64,000 nucleotides of DNA from Octopus vulgaris. Lineage: Eukaryota. The notes beneath the pieces are model-generated. The model had not been told where the DNA came from. It searched no databases and was given only the letters and a program-made list of their open reading frames with translations. Location of the stretch: contig OX597818.1 of the NCBI GenBank assembly GCA_951406725.2, positions 9,858,001-9,922,000 on the forward strand, written 5' to 3'. Positions 38,564-53,435 of the stretch are shown in pieces. Position numbers and translations under genes: made by a program. The first letter of the stretch is position 1, and every line of letters begins with the position of its first letter.

Positions 38564-40189
38564 GTATGTAATAGCGTCCCTGTTAGAGGAATGGCCTTGT
38601 ACATCACCTCAAAATAATTTTCTCGTAACAAATAGAAACTGGCACTCCGTCGGTTACAACGACGAACGTTCCAGTTAATCCGAAGAACGGAACAGCCTGC
38701 TCGTGGAATTAACGTGGAAGTGGGTGAGCAATCTACAGACACTCATACATTTAACGTAGTTCTCAGGAAGATTCAGAGTGATGCAGAATGTGACAACGCC
38801 GGCACTTTGAATTATAGGGACAACTCATTTTTGTCAGCTGAGCTGACTGGAGCAGCGTGAAATAAAGTGTCTTGCTCAAGGACAAAACGAGCCACCGAGA
38901 ATCGAAGGAGTGTCCTTAGTTTGTGAACCGTTTAACGTTACCATTAAGCCGCACGCCTTCACCTAACAAACAGAAGTAAATACTTTCAACATGCTTTTTT
39001 CTACTTTCGGAAATAGCTATGATCTAATTATAAATGTCACCTTCTAATAAAGGAGTCACCAAAATTATACAGACCTTGTGTTATCTACAAGATCATACTA
39101 AAAGGAATTTTTCACACAAATGTTTCCTCTTGCATTCTTCTTTCTATACATTAATTACCTACTTCTGTTACCCAACAAAACGGCCCCTGCTAGTAGATGA
39201 CACCTCTTTCATTACGTTCCATCAGATAACATCCACTTCCGTTATGCTAATTTTGTTTCTTTGACGAATAAAAGCGTACAAATTCTGTACAAGGGAACAT
39301 TATCACATCCCATCCTTAAATATATATCGCAAGCAACCACTACTGTTTCGATACCTTCTATTGCCACATCTTAAAATCAGCGAAGATCCTGTCTGGCCAA
39401 AACGCACAATGCGAATATAGTAATGACTACTAAACCAAGGCTACTTCTCTTCACAGCCAAAACACGTTTATACCTACAATTACTAACTCACAACAAAGAT
39501 TAAGATGACCTACAAGACAATCCTATCCTCCTCTCTGGGGTACTGCTCCTTTTACACATAGAGGCATATTTTAAACTTCAGCTGAATAAATGACCATCGA
39601 CATATTGGTATGAAACCACCGCTGGCCCTCATACGTACTCTCTGCCTTTTCTTTTGTTACTGTAGTAGGCGGCCTTTCCTCCCCAGAGATGACTGGTATC
39701 CTATCACCTTCCTGCTTTACACGTTCCTTTTCTCCTTGTCCACCATATTGTGTGTGCATTCTAGGCCTGGTGAAGGCAACTAACTGCAGTATTTACTTCG
39801 CAGAACAGCAACCATCTAGAATTCCCTCTATGCACGAGTCTTCGCTGCAGATGTCGACTTGCAACTTCTCAAGAGGAAAATTGACATTGAATTCTTGGTC
39901 TCGTATGACACATGAAAACTTGATATCATTCAATTTATTAACTGCAAATCAATAGAATACGAAAATATATCTGAAAGGAAATAATACAATTTAGGATGAT
40001 TCCTGGAGTCCGATACTTTGTCTTCATGAGTCATGAAAATGTGTGTTATCATTAGAAATACATAATTAGACAATTATGCACATGTGTTTGTGTGCGTGTG
40101 GTTATACGTGTATATATGTATCTATTTACATATCTTACTTCCTATCTCTCCACATACATATACACACATATATGCATGTATTATGTACA

Positions 40190-40275
<86 letters not shown>

Positions 40276-43200
40276 GGCACTCCATCGGTTACGACGACGA
40301 GGGTTCTAGTTGATACGATCGATGGAACAGCTTACTCGTGAAATTAACGTGCAAGTTGGCTGAGCACTCCACAGACACGTGTACCATTGACGTAGTCCTT
40401 AGGGGAGATTCAGCGTGACACAGAGTGTGACAATGCTGCCCCTTTGAAATACAGGGACAACAGAAATAGGAAGAAAGAGTGTGAGAAAGTTGAGGTGAAA
40501 TAGCACAGCAGGGTTCATGTCATACATAGAGGAGACATCTAGGAGCATTGCGGAACGACTAAATGAACATTTGAGACAATATGTCGATAAAAACAGTCCT
40601 CCTTAGTCTACCAACATGTCAAGGACCAACATGGAGGCAACCTGGGCCAACTTGACATCCGCACTGTATCCAAGTACCCAAAGGACTCAACACTCTGACA
40701 AATAGAGTACGTCCTCATAAATGAAACGTCCCCAATACTAAATAGGAAATATACATAGTAGATATCATACCCCATATCCCCAGTTTACACAGGTAGAGTA
40801 CAATAGTTAGTGGGCTATTATGTAGATAGATGTGTGTGTGGATGTATGTATTTATATGTAGATAGATGTATGTATGTGTATGTATATATATATATGTATA
40901 TGTATGTAAGCATATGGATATGAAAGTAAACAGATCAACATACAGACGGATAGGCACATAGGTTATATGAACAGACAAGCACACATACCCGAATGGAGAC
41001 TGAAACACATGACCATATATACACACACACATACTCAGACATGCACGCACAAGGAGACAGACACACATATACAAACACACACACACACACATATACAAAC
41101 ACTTATACACACACACATACAAACACACATATATAATACATATACACATACACACACACACACGCACACACACATACATAAAACACACAAACACGAATAT
41201 TCAGAATACATACGTACAAATGTACACACATAAATAAATACATATGAACACACCTACATGCATACACACACATGCATGCATACATACATACATACATACA
41301 TACATGATGGCCGTCCACTCGTGACCGAGGAAGACTATTGCCGACCTCTAGGAACATTGTACGCTCTAGGACTAACTTATATTTTGCATTTGCAGCTCCG
41401 TTGGTGGCTAATGAGCCCTGCTCTTGACAAGCATACACGACTGCAAACATTGCAGACCAAGCTTTCCCCTTTCACTATACGAGCCGTGCGCTTTCGCGCA
41501 GCTCGCTTAAGTTCTTCATGCTGGATACGTGCTCTCACATAAAGTGTCGATCCCCTCCTTAACCTGCTTCCTCCATCTGTGGCGATGACAGGCATTGTTC
41601 TCCCAGTCAGTGTCCTGCATATCAAAGGCCTTTAACGAGGACTTGACACAGTCCTTAAATCGCAGCCTTGGTTTCTGCCGGAGTCTCCTTCCATTCACAA
41701 GTTCTCCATAGAGCATCTGCTTAGGAATCCTTCTATCCTCCATTCTAATAAGGTGTCCAGTCCAATGCAACCGGTGCTTGTGTACCATCGCCTCAATACT
41801 CAAGATATCAGCTGTCCTCAGGATCTGTGTGTTTGGAATTTTTGAGGTCCAGCTAACATTGAGAATGTGTCTGGACATCTCTGATGAAAACGTTCAAGGA
41901 CCCTGACCTGACGTTTGTACAGAGTCCATGTCTCACATGAATAGAGAAGCGATGTCATTACACAAGCACGGTACACAGCAACTTTTGTTCTCCTTGCGAT
42001 GCCATGTTGGGACCAGACACGAGACTGAAGAGACCGGAAGGAATTAGTTGCTCTCTGCAACCTGAAAGATATTTCCTCATCCAGGGAGCAAGAACGGCTG
42101 AGTGTGCTGCCCAGGTAGACAAACTTGCCTACTACCTTCAGAATCGTTCCTTCAACCAAGATAGCTGGTTCTATATATGGATTTCCTGGTGCAGGCTGGA
42201 ACATTACAACAGTTTTGTCCAGGCTAATGCTGAGTCCAAATGCCCTGCAAGAAGCAGAAATGCAATTCATGAGTATTTGCATGTCATCCACTGTATGAGT
42301 GACTAAGTCACAGTCATCTGCATAAAGGAGGTCACGAATAATAGACTGGGAAACCTTTGAATTGGCAGCAAATCGGCGAAGATTAAAGAGGCGGCCAGAA
42401 GATCGATATCTGACATATATTCCCCGAGAGCTAACCTTAGCAAAAGCATGAGTAAAAGTAGCGGCAAAGTACAAAGAAAAGAGAGTTGGGGCAAGGATGT
42501 CACTCTGCTTAACACCATTCTCTACAGGAATGGATCCTGCCATGGCACCACCAACATTGACCCAAGCCTCCATCCCATGATGAAATGATTCAATTATTGA
42601 TACAAAGTGATCCGGACATCCAAGTTTGCCAAGTATTTTCCATAGAAAGGCCCTATTTACAGTATCAAAGGCCTTTGTTAAATCAATGAATACCTGGACA
42701 AGATCCATATTCTGCTCATAGCACTTCTCCTGCATCTGTCTTGCTGTGAAAATCATATCCATTGTCCCTCTACCAGATCGGAAGCCACATTGAGATTCAG
42801 ATAGGACATCATTTACGAGACACCCATTCAGACGGGTAAGAAGAATATTTGCCAGAACCTTGCCAGCAGCTGATAGTAGAGCAATACCTCTGTAGTTACC
42901 ACACATTGTTCTGGCTCCTTTTCCTTTATACAGAGGAAGAATAATTGCATCCTTCCAGTCCTTAGTGATTGCACCATCCCTCCAGACTGCACTAATAAAT
43001 TCACGAAGGGACTGTGTGATGCAATTACCACCATACATACATGCATACATACATACATACATACATACATACATACATACATACATACATACATACATAC
43101 ATACATACAAGTTGTTTTTTGAGGTTTGGAGGTCTTCTGCAGTTGATGCTGGGGCTGCGTTATCATCAGCGTATTGAAGCTCAGTGATATTGTGCTCTCA

Positions 43201-44010
43201 GCAGCGACGTCTTGATCGGAAATGTGAGATGTTGAAAAGTCCGCCGTCAAATCTACATCTGAGTTCCACTCCGGAGTTGTCTGTTGGAATTTCGGAGAGC
43301 ATGGCAGCGATGTAGAGAGAAAACAAGGTTGGAGCAAGAACACATCCCTGCTTCAGGGATGTGAATGGGATGTGATACATACATATATATACATACATAC
43401 ATGCATACATGCATACATACATATATACATACATACATACATACATACCTACATACATACATACATACAAACATACATACATACGTGCATGCATATATAG
43501 GCACACACACACAGACACACACACACACACACACATGCGCATAAACAAACAAAAAGGAACACAGCGTGAGTACTGGACAGTGTCAAAACTATTGAAAAGG
43601 TTGCAAGACGCAACGAACATTTTAGAAAATAATAAAAAAATAAGTGAAAATTTTACCGATGAGTGTGTTAAATTATAAGGCACCAAAAGAGAATGACTCT
43701 CCCCAGACACAACAGAATATGCTTCAACACACGAACTCACATAAAGAATCTTGCAAACCAAATCCCAAAACGAAATATATATGTATATATATATACAAGC
43801 ACACACATAAGTATATACGTATTGATGGGTGAATGGATGGATGGATGGATGGATGGATGGATGGATGGATATTTAATATTGTATTGCCTCTTATACAAGT
43901 ACTTAACCATGTTTTCTGTAGCAATGAAAAACAAATCTTCAATCTGGTTATGACAAAATTCTACAAGCGTACAGTACAAAGCTCAGAAACAATAAATTTC
44001 CTACACGTGA
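33895..44010 (+). repeat. Copy 2 of the ~10.1 kb block
   Basis: Colinear with 23707-33794. Differs by scattered SNPs, small indels and microsatellite lengths. Confidence 0.97.
41305..43032 (-). pseudogene. Duplicate of the RTE LINE with two frameshifts (near 41872 and 41538)
   Basis: gtgtctggacatc versus gtgtcttggacatc (-1), and gctctcacataaagtg versus gctctctcaaaagtg (+1). The ORF track splits into 41818-43110, 41516-41878 and 41377-41625. Confidence 0.9.
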
Positions 44011-44974
44011 TGACACGGGAGATGATAACCGAATTAAACTACTTATCTGGGTAGAAATAATAAACTATGTCTCACATAAATAAATATGTTTAGTACTAAG
44101 TCTGTAAATATTTGGTACTTATTTGTGCGCTATGGTGGATTGAGACAGCGGAGACAAGGTAAGATCTGAACTCTGAATATAGAAAGGCATTGCTAAATTT
44201 ATTCAAAATGTATTTAAAATGATGATCCCAAATTTCTGCATATTTCTTGCATTTACGATTATATAATAATAATAACACAAAATATAAATCTTCCTTATTT
44301 CAAAGAAAATTAATTATATCATTACATTTGAGAAACCCATAAATTCACAACACAGTCAAAATCTTCAACAAGAGGATACATTTTTCTTTATAGAACAAGG
44401 AATTACATTAGCTATGATCAGCTGCTGATCCAATCTCATTCTCACATTTGATACACGATAGAGTAGCTTTTCCATGCCCTTCAATTTCTAACTATATTCA
44501 GTGATAACTATCTGGTTGATTTGAAATTTTGATTGAATTTGACCACTTACAAGATTCAATCTTCTCTCCACTGACAGGTCGTATATTCTTTTAATATCTC
44601 CTACTCTTACTATAATAGCATCTGGTTCTGAAAACTTACTTATCTCAAACCTACTTCATTCAGAATATCTTACAGCAGCTTCATATTCACGCCATTCTAC
44701 TCCTGTCGGATTAACTTCCAAAGCCTCACATTTAACAAGACATCTTTCCCTCCCCATCTCTAAATTTTGCTTTTCTATGCAAGCTCTCTGCAGATGTCTC
44801 TTCCAATAGTTATTAACTACATCACAATTTGAAAATCCCGACACACGTTTTTAATAATTTTTATCTTAAATGATTAACAAAGGAAAAGAAATATAAGCTA
44901 TTACAGTTTCATTAACCGCATTCATAAACTTACCACTTCACAAAGACTCACTTCTGCAATTTTTATTATCATCG

Positions 44975-45036
<62 letters not shown>

Positions 45037-45521
45037 ATCATCATCATTGTTGTTGTTGTTGTTGTTTATGCAGGTGTTCAAGAGAATATATTGTCATCAT
45101 TTTGCAACTGCATGAGAATTCAAAAGTAACAATCTGTGATACTGTAACATTTTCTTATATTATTTTGCAAGTTCCGCCAACAGTATCAATGATACTATTA
45201 CCAGGACCGACAAAGATTTAAAGAAATCGTTTGTTTGATACCAATAACAGCAGTATGCAAATTTTGTTAACTCAAGAACATTTTATCAAAGAATATCCTT
45301 AACCAAAAACCCGATTCTAGAACATCAGCAACATTTTTTTTTTTTATGAAAGGAAAGAAAAAGGAAAAGTGAAGACTAAAGGAAGAAAGAGTTAAGGAAA
45401 TAAAATCCAATACATATCTCTGAGAGATGAATGTTTTGATGGGAAATCTTTATGATGCAACTACATTCTTCAAAGAACTACGCTGACAAGTAATCTGATA
45501 TCAACAACATCAGAAAACGAC

Positions 45522-45606
<85 letters not shown>

Positions 45607-45682
45607 AATCATAATCATCATCATCATCATCAACATCATCATCATCCTCATTCTCCCCATCGTCGTCATCATTATCATCATT
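45522..45682. repeat. (CAT)n microsatellite
   Basis: Direct reading. Confidence 0.95.
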
Positions 45683-45994
45683 ATCTACATCACTAACGCC
45701 AACACCTACGCCAGCAACAATAACAAGGAAGACTACAGATAACACTACTACTACTACTACTACCACTATTACTACTAGTACTGTAATTACTATCAGTGTC
45801 GCCAAGACCTGGAGGTTTTGTGGTTTGATGCCAATAACAGCATCACAAATTTGGTCAACTCAGCAAAACCTCATCATAAGATCTCTTCAAAACAAGATGG
45901 CGTCTGAAAATCGAACAAAAATAAATGAACAATTCTATCACACGCACACACTCATATCGTCACATATACGTGTATGCGTAAATATGCATACATG

Positions 45995-46033
<39 letters not shown>

Positions 46034-47754
46034 ACTACATGCGTAAATGCACACTGACACACGTACACACGCACACACACATATATCCATATATATTATG
46101 TGTTTATGTATATATACGTGCAGATATGTACGCTTATGTGTAAGTCTGAGTGGATGTGGATGTGGGCATATGAATATTAATATACACAAGTACATATGTA
46201 TGTGTAAGTATATGGGTGTATATATATATATTTGTATGCATATGTCATATCTATCTATCTGTCTATATATATATATGTATGTATATGTGTATGTGTGTAT
46301 ATATAATATAAATACATGTGTGTGTATGTATATATATAAGATTGTGTATACGCATATATATATATATATATGCCCATATATATACATATATACATATATA
46401 CATATATATGCATATTTATATATTTATTCATGCGTACATATATTATATATATATATATATATGTATGTATAAATATATATGTATGTATGTATGTAAGTAT
46501 GTAAGTGTGTGTTCATATGTGTATATATAGATAAAGATATGCATGTATATATGTATATATGTAACATGGTCTATATTTTCTGTTGGCTGAGCATTTCAGT
46601 GAAAGACACAGATGTAGCACAAAAGAATTTCTGCAATCTTTAATCGAACTGTAACAATAATAGCAATTCCGTCCCCACCTCCACCACCATCACCATCAAC
46701 ATCAAAAGAGTAGGAAGAACAACAACAAAGAAAACACTATAACATGTAAAAGTAAGTCCTCACTGCGCTACTATAAGTTTATAGCATAAATCATATAAAC
46801 AATGTGAAATTTATGTCTTCACATATTGGTCAACTCCTTCTTGTTTTAAATATGGAAATAAATAAATAACTTTATGAGTAGACGTTCTTATATTGGAAAC
46901 ATTGCTGCCCATTTTTGTATATCAATTTTGTGTGTATGCGTGTGTGTCTGTGTTATTGACGTACGTACAAGTGAAAAACATCTAAACAGTGCTAGATGCC
47001 GAAGGGGTGGGAACTGCTTATTGTTATTGCAGCTGACAAGTCAGATTTACTTGTTTGAATGTGACATTCGAATAACTGTATCTGGGGATGCGACAACTGC
47101 AATAACGGCATAAATGTGTGTGTACGTATATGTACTTATATGTGTGTGGTTGTGTCTGTATATCCGTATCTTGGTCTGTTTGTATGTGTGTTTGCGTGTC
47201 TGCTAATGGCCTGGTCAAAATAGGAACCTGCAGCGCCAGTGACCCTTTCGCGATGCCTCCGTGTCTAAGAAGAATACATCAAAATGAAGTAAACACTACG
47301 CATGAATTATCACCAGATTTAAAGGTTAGCTAAATATTTGCCGTAAAATAGATTTCACTAAAGGAATTAATTAAGGACGAAGAGGTATTGTTTGATAGAG
47401 GGGATGGATAGATTTAGATTGATGTACAGATGCAAATGTTTTACTGCATGAAAGAAGCATCTTGGGGAACTTGTGGCTATCTGTCATCACTAAGTGTCAA
47501 GCCATAAGTGATTCATGGAACCTATGATCATAACTGTTGTCATCATGGTCATCAAGAATGTCTCTTTACACGAATTACATTAGCCAACAGATCTTTTGGG
47601 TTTTGCTTTTTCCAGTTTTACTTTTTATAACTATGGTTGAGTTTGATTCGTTGGAGATTTAGATGCTGTTTTTAGCTGATCAGTCAACAGAACATCTTTT
47701 GTCGAACTGAAGCTGTTTGTGCGCACACACCGAGGTTTGCGCACACACATAACC

Positions 47755-48077
47755 GACACTCCGTCGATTACGAAGACGAAGATTCCAGTTCATCCGATCA
47801 TCGGAACAGCCTGCTCGTAAAATTAGCGTGCAACTGGTTGAGCACTCTATAGACACGCGTATCCTTAACGTAGTTCTTTGGGAGAATCAGTGCGACACAG
47901 AGTGTGACATGGCTGGCCCTTTAAAATACACGTGCTACTTGTTTTTGCTAGCTGAGTATACTGGAGCAACGTGAAATAAAGTATCTTGCTCAAGGACATA
48001 ATGCACCACCAAGAAACGAACTTACGACCTTACGAACATGAACCGAATACCCCAACCACTAAGCTGCGCGCGTTCAC
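47755..48077 (-). mobile_element. tRNA-derived SINE, family C, near full length
   Basis: Aligns with 38641-38961. A box TTAGTGGTT in the head at the right end. Confidence 0.82.
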
Positions 48078-48084
48078 TGCACAC

Positions 48085-48144
<60 letters not shown>

Positions 48145-49271
48145 GTATCGCTAACCACGAATACAAAAGACTGTCTGTTGATGTGGCTATTTAACTAAGT
48201 ATCGGCCCTGACTGAGCTGTATTTTTTAACCAAGCATCATCTTATCACTTAAATACAGACAAGGTTGCCATACTCACTTGAGTATTAAGAACGTAAAGAG
48301 TGCAGAAACGGATACTGCTAAGTATACATACCTTCATCGATCTCAACAGTTGAGCTCCACGAAATTGGAACTTAGAATGTAAAAAGCCGGAATAATTACT
48401 GAGAAGCATTGTCTGTGAGGTTCTAGGTTTTTGACTATTCAACGGCTTCACAAAAAGAATGTGAGAAACAAAAGACATAAAAAGAGCAGCAGAAAAGTCG
48501 GTCACGCGAAGAAAAATTAGCTTAAAAGTGCAAATGTTTGCAGTAGATAGCGATAGAAGAGAAAATGCATTGAAACTGCACATCAAGTGCTATATGTAAC
48601 TCTGCAAATCATCTGAAAGACCTGAGTTTGAAGATGACATGCCCCGAAAGAAAAATGTTCTCGGCATAAGCACTCCATCTTTTATTTAAATATCGCTTCT
48701 CTCAAACGGCATTGCAAAATAAAGTACATTTTTTTCGTCGGCCTTCTGGTATTATCTGGTATTATGTGACTGCTAATTCTCTCATGTCAAGCCACTACGA
48801 AGACTTTCAAACATTAGCTCATGATCTGCGATATCGTGTATATAGCAACAGCAAGAAGTTACATATAAAATCTGTGCTCTATTGTAGATTCTTCATAACA
48901 TTTGCACAACGCCACAAACTGCTTACAGCTGAAGTATTTTCTGTGCATGAAGAGAAACCATGGTCTTTCGGATGAAGTTTTAACTGTATTATGTTTGTGA
49001 GATTACTTTGGCAGATAGCCAGGCAGTTAAAAATGTGTGAGGTGGCAATAAATTGCAGACAATAGAAAATAGAGGCAATTAATTGACAAATATACATTTC
49101 TGTGTGAACTGTAATAACAACATATAACATATACTTATAATTATCAAATCTATGCAAATGAGATTCATTCACGCAAATATTTAGGAATATTTTCTGCATA
49201 TGCATGTATAAACGTAATATAAATAAATATATATTTTCCCCGAGTGAATATAAACATATCTCTGTGTGTGT

Positions 49272-49324
<53 letters not shown>

Positions 49325-49495
49325 TTTGCTTGTAGCATTTGTATGTGTGAGTATATCAATATATGCACATATGCCATGTAAATATATTTTGTATGTGATT
49401 ATATACACATATATATATATACATATGTAACATGTAAATACATATTTTCATGTATGCGTGTATGTGTGTGTGTGTCTGTGTGTGTGTGATTGTGC

Positions 49496-49527
<32 letters not shown>

Positions 49528-49778
49528 GTGTGTTTGTTTGTGTGTGTACATGTGTGTGTGTGTATACACATACAGAAACTGAGATATTACATATTTCTTC
49601 TGAAATCCCCACACATAAATATACACATGTGTATATAATTATCTGCACATAAGCTATTACACAAACGCATAAGTAAATCCGACTTTCGTATACATCTATG
49701 CATACATACATGCTTACACACATACATACATGCATAGATAAATACATATATCTAAACATATATATATATATACATACA

Positions 49779-49867
<89 letters not shown>

Positions 49868-50449
49868 ATATATGTATTATGTATGTATATACACGCATAA
49901 ATACACACATAGATGGATTACAAAAGACTTACATATATTCCTATATAAATATTTTATATATATATATATATATGTTTGTGTGTGTGTGTGTAAATGCGTA
50001 TGCATATATATTTATATATCAGTATATGAATGTCTGGAATGAAATATGTTTGCTACAAGTAAATATAATTTATATAGAAGAATTAAGACAAAATTACATT
50101 CATACCTTTTCCATATAACTCTACAGTAAAACTTATGTACACACGCAGATGCCGAACCACGAACACCCTCCATACATACGGACACTGGCAGATGTATTGA
50201 TGTTCATATCTATGGTATTATAATCAGCAGAGTTACTCTATAAGTACTCATTTCCATGCGTATCATGTTTTAAACATCGACTTTCACCAGCTAATCTCCT
50301 GTTGTCAGGAAATATAATGTTTGAAAGAAACAGAATATATATTCATCAATCTCTACATACATGCATAATGTATATACATAGATACACACGAACATATATA
50401 TGTATAGATGCATAAATATACAGCCATAGAAAGGGAGACAATGTATACA

Positions 50450-50490
<41 letters not shown>

Positions 50491-50574
50491 ATATATATAT
50501 ATATATATATATACACTGCGTCACACACACGTATACGCGCACCTACATACACATATATGTATAAGTGTTTATAT

Positions 50575-50628
<54 letters not shown>

Positions 50629-50669
50629 GTTTATATGTACATATTTACTTATACATGTATACACACATG

Positions 50670-50781
50670 ATAAAGAAGAAAAGGAGACAAGTAGTGCAGT
50701 TCATTGAAAAGATTTGATTTGTATTTTTCGGAAGAATCGACAGAAAAGTACTCGATAATTTCATACTACTGTTTCTGTCGC
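50670..50781 (-). mobile_element. Possible pLTR remnant beginning with the 3' half of a hammerhead
   Basis: The minus strand starts GCGACA-GAAAC-A-GUA^GUAUG right after a TA run. The CUGANGA half is absent. Confidence 0.35.
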
Positions 50782-50811
50782 TTTATGTATATATGTATTT
50801 AAACATTACAG

Positions 50812-50928
<117 letters not shown>

Positions 50929-50976
50929 TACATATACATATATATATACATATATACATATACATATATATATACG

Positions 50977-51035
<59 letters not shown>

Positions 51036-51058
51036 GTGTGTCTGTATGTATGTATATT

Positions 51059-51270
51059 GGCGAAGGTACGTGGCCCAGTGATTAGTGAGTTGCATTCGTG
51101 GCTTCAATTCCCTCTCCATGCGGCGCATTGTGTTCTTGAGCAAAACACTTCATTTCACATTGCTCTGCAATCATTGACGAATGACACCCTCGTGCACCTC
51201 GACAATGTCGATTTGATGGGGGAGAAGCGATCTAATGGACAGCACATACATTTGATCACTATAAACAAAT
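51059..51270 (+). mobile_element. Decayed tRNA-derived SINE
   Basis: ggcgaaggtacgTGGCCCAGTGattag...ttcaattccc...tgtgttcttgagcaaaacacttcatttcac, related to the family C/D head. Confidence 0.65.
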
Positions 51271-51432
51271 CACCCCTATACATATAGAGGGGTGGCAGTT
51301 TGAGTATCACTGCACATCACGTTGTGCAAGTGTCTTCTACCACAGGCCCCGGCCTGACAAGGTGTGTTCAGTGAATTTGGTACGCGGAGACTGAAAAGCA
51401 AGTGGTATATATACATACATACATATATATAG

Positions 51433-51584
51433 TTATTTATTTTAAAGGCATTACTATACATAAATGCCTCACGCTAGAGGGACTCTTAGAGTCAAAACTA
51501 CCACAGTTATTATGGTAGTTTTGACTTTAAGAGTCCCTCTTAGTGTGAGGCATTTATGTATAGTAATGCCCTTAATATAAATAA
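51433..51584. repeat. Long inverted repeat (arms about 71 bp, 9-nt spacer)
   Basis: ggcattactatacataaatgcctcacgctagagggactcttagagtcaaaactacca, spacer cagttatta, then tggtagttttgactttaagagtccctcttagtgtgaggcatttatgtatagtaatgcc. Confidence 0.92.
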
Positions 51585-51635
51585 ATATAGTTAAAGGGAA
51601 TAATTAATAAAGTTTACCCTTATATATAAGATATC

Positions 51636-51733
<98 letters not shown>

Positions 51734-51839
51734 GTGTATGTGTGTGCAAATGCATGCGCGTGCGTGTGCGTGTGCGTGTGTGTTTGCTTGTGCTTGTTCC
51801 ACACCATCGCTTGACAACCACACCATCGCTTGACAACTC

Positions 51840-52230
51840 CTCAAAAGATTGTTTTACAGGGAACTGGCGCAAGTCAAGACCACAAACGATGGACAGAAAA
51901 AAGCTCCTAAGATACACTCAAATACTCACTGAAGTGCTTTGAGACCAAACCCAACACTTGGGAAATATTAGCACAGGAGCGCCTTGGCAGGCGAAAATGC
52001 ATCAACGGAAGAGTCACCTCCTACGAACAGAATAGGATTGCAGAAGCACAAGGATAACGTGAACTGCGCCAGTCGAGAGCCAACTCCTTGCCTTCAGTCC
52101 CAGCAGACAACCTTTGCGCGACCTGCTGCTGAGCCTTGGAAGCACACATCAGACTGATCGGCTACGGCCTGATACAGTGTGACCCTTCTTCTCCCATGTG
52201 ATGTTTTTGGTCATGGTCGACAACAATGGG
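51840..52230 (+). pseudogene. Old RTE LINE 3' remnant
   Basis: Degenerate DTL.....PNTWEILAQER...SYEQNRIAEAQG*RELRQSRA...AHIRLIG, resembling the RTE C-terminus at 31162-31500. Confidence 0.65.
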
Positions 52231-52269
52231 TAAACATTACCATTATTAATTTCATTGACACTTTTGCTC

Positions 52270-52460
52270 GGCACAATACCAAAAATGTATCAAATGGCCA
52301 AAGGTCCTTTGGGTCATTCTGTCATCAACATTTTAACATCCCTTTTACAATCCTTGCTGTTCCTAACAAGACTGTTTTATGCACAGCCCCTTTTCTGATG
52401 ATAATTCCTAGCTTCTCAAGCCATGCATCCAACAAATTTACTAACTGTCCCCAAGATTGA
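52270..52460 (-). pseudogene. C-terminal remnant of an R4/Dong-like (REL-endonuclease) non-LTR element
   Basis: LGTVSK/LDAWLEKLGIIIRKGAVHKTVLLGTARIVKGML* fits the pattern GALG...WL..LGI...QK..LLGTARILR.VL. Confidence 0.7.
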
Positions 52461-52521
52461 ACTCGATATAATCCGTTCTTTCGTTCAAAAGCTTGCTTCT
52501 AAAATAACACTCCATTACAGC

Positions 52522-52902
52522 TTACTCTTTTATTAGTTTCAGTCATTTGACGTTGGCCATGCTGGAGCACCGTCTTCAATCGAATAAATTGACCCCAGGA
52601 CTTATTCTTTGTAAGCCTTGTACTTATTCTATCGGCCTGTTTTGCCGAATCGCTAATTTACGGGGGACGTAAACACACTAACATCGGCTGTCAGGCGATG
52701 GTGGGGGTACAAACACAGACACACAAATTTATACATACATATATACGACAGGCTTCTTTCAGCTTCCGTCTACAAAATCTACTCACAAGGCTTTGATCGG
52801 CCAGAGGCTATAGCAGAAGATACTTGTCCAAGGTGCCTCACAGTGGGCCTGAACCCGGAACCATGTGGTTGGGAAGCAAGCTTCTTATCACACAACCACG
52901 CC
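52522..52902 (-). mobile_element. tRNA-derived SINE, family A
   Basis: Full reverse-complement alignment to the 5792 and 8776 copies. Confidence 0.87.
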
Positions 52903-53229
52903 TACTTTGTTTACCTCTATTTCATTCCAGCAGTATAGCGGTGATGACCAGGCCTGCACTGCTCACCCACAGTACATCTACCGGATGAGGTATCTTCACT
53001 AGAAGCTCCAGCATTATGCACGTCTTTGTGTAAACAGTTGCTTTAATTCATTTCACTCACAGCGGTTAGTAGTTTTAAGGTTCCACTACGACTGGTGCAT
53101 TTTTTTTTTTTTAGAAACTATCTCTAAAGAATGACATAAACGACTTTAAGCGATCCTCAATCTTAAAGTTGAAGTGAACTATCTGCGCTGGTGACCATTC
53201 CGGTAATTTATATTCTGCAGTTGCAAATT

Positions 53230-53430
53230 CTACACAATTTTTAGATAACCGCTGGCCCTTCTGAGTTCCTCCGCTCTTTCACGGGCATTGCTTTTTCATC
53301 CCGCAGGGTGCCAAACTATCACCCTTCTCACCAAACAATCTTTGTGGAGTAGCCGACTTAGTCGTCGACGATTCGACCATGCGACAAGTTGTACTGAATT
53401 ACATGTTATCAGTCGTACTCAGGTGCGACT
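53230..53430 (-). mobile_element. Diverged homolog of the RTE-type 5' UTR at 9310-9510
   Basis: Minus strand atggtcgaatcgtcgacgactaagtcggc...gtgagaagggtg...ccctgcgggatgaaaaa...gagcggaggaactc aligns with 9362-9477. Confidence 0.75.
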
Positions 53431-53435
53431 TAACA

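Noticed and set aside
44340-44850. Old LINE-like coding remnant on the minus strand
   Set aside because: Purine skew is suggestive but I found no diagnostic motif.
48250-48800. Crypton/tyrosine-recombinase-like remnant (KAGIITE...)
   Set aside because: Similarity is too faint with many stops. It needs a profile search.
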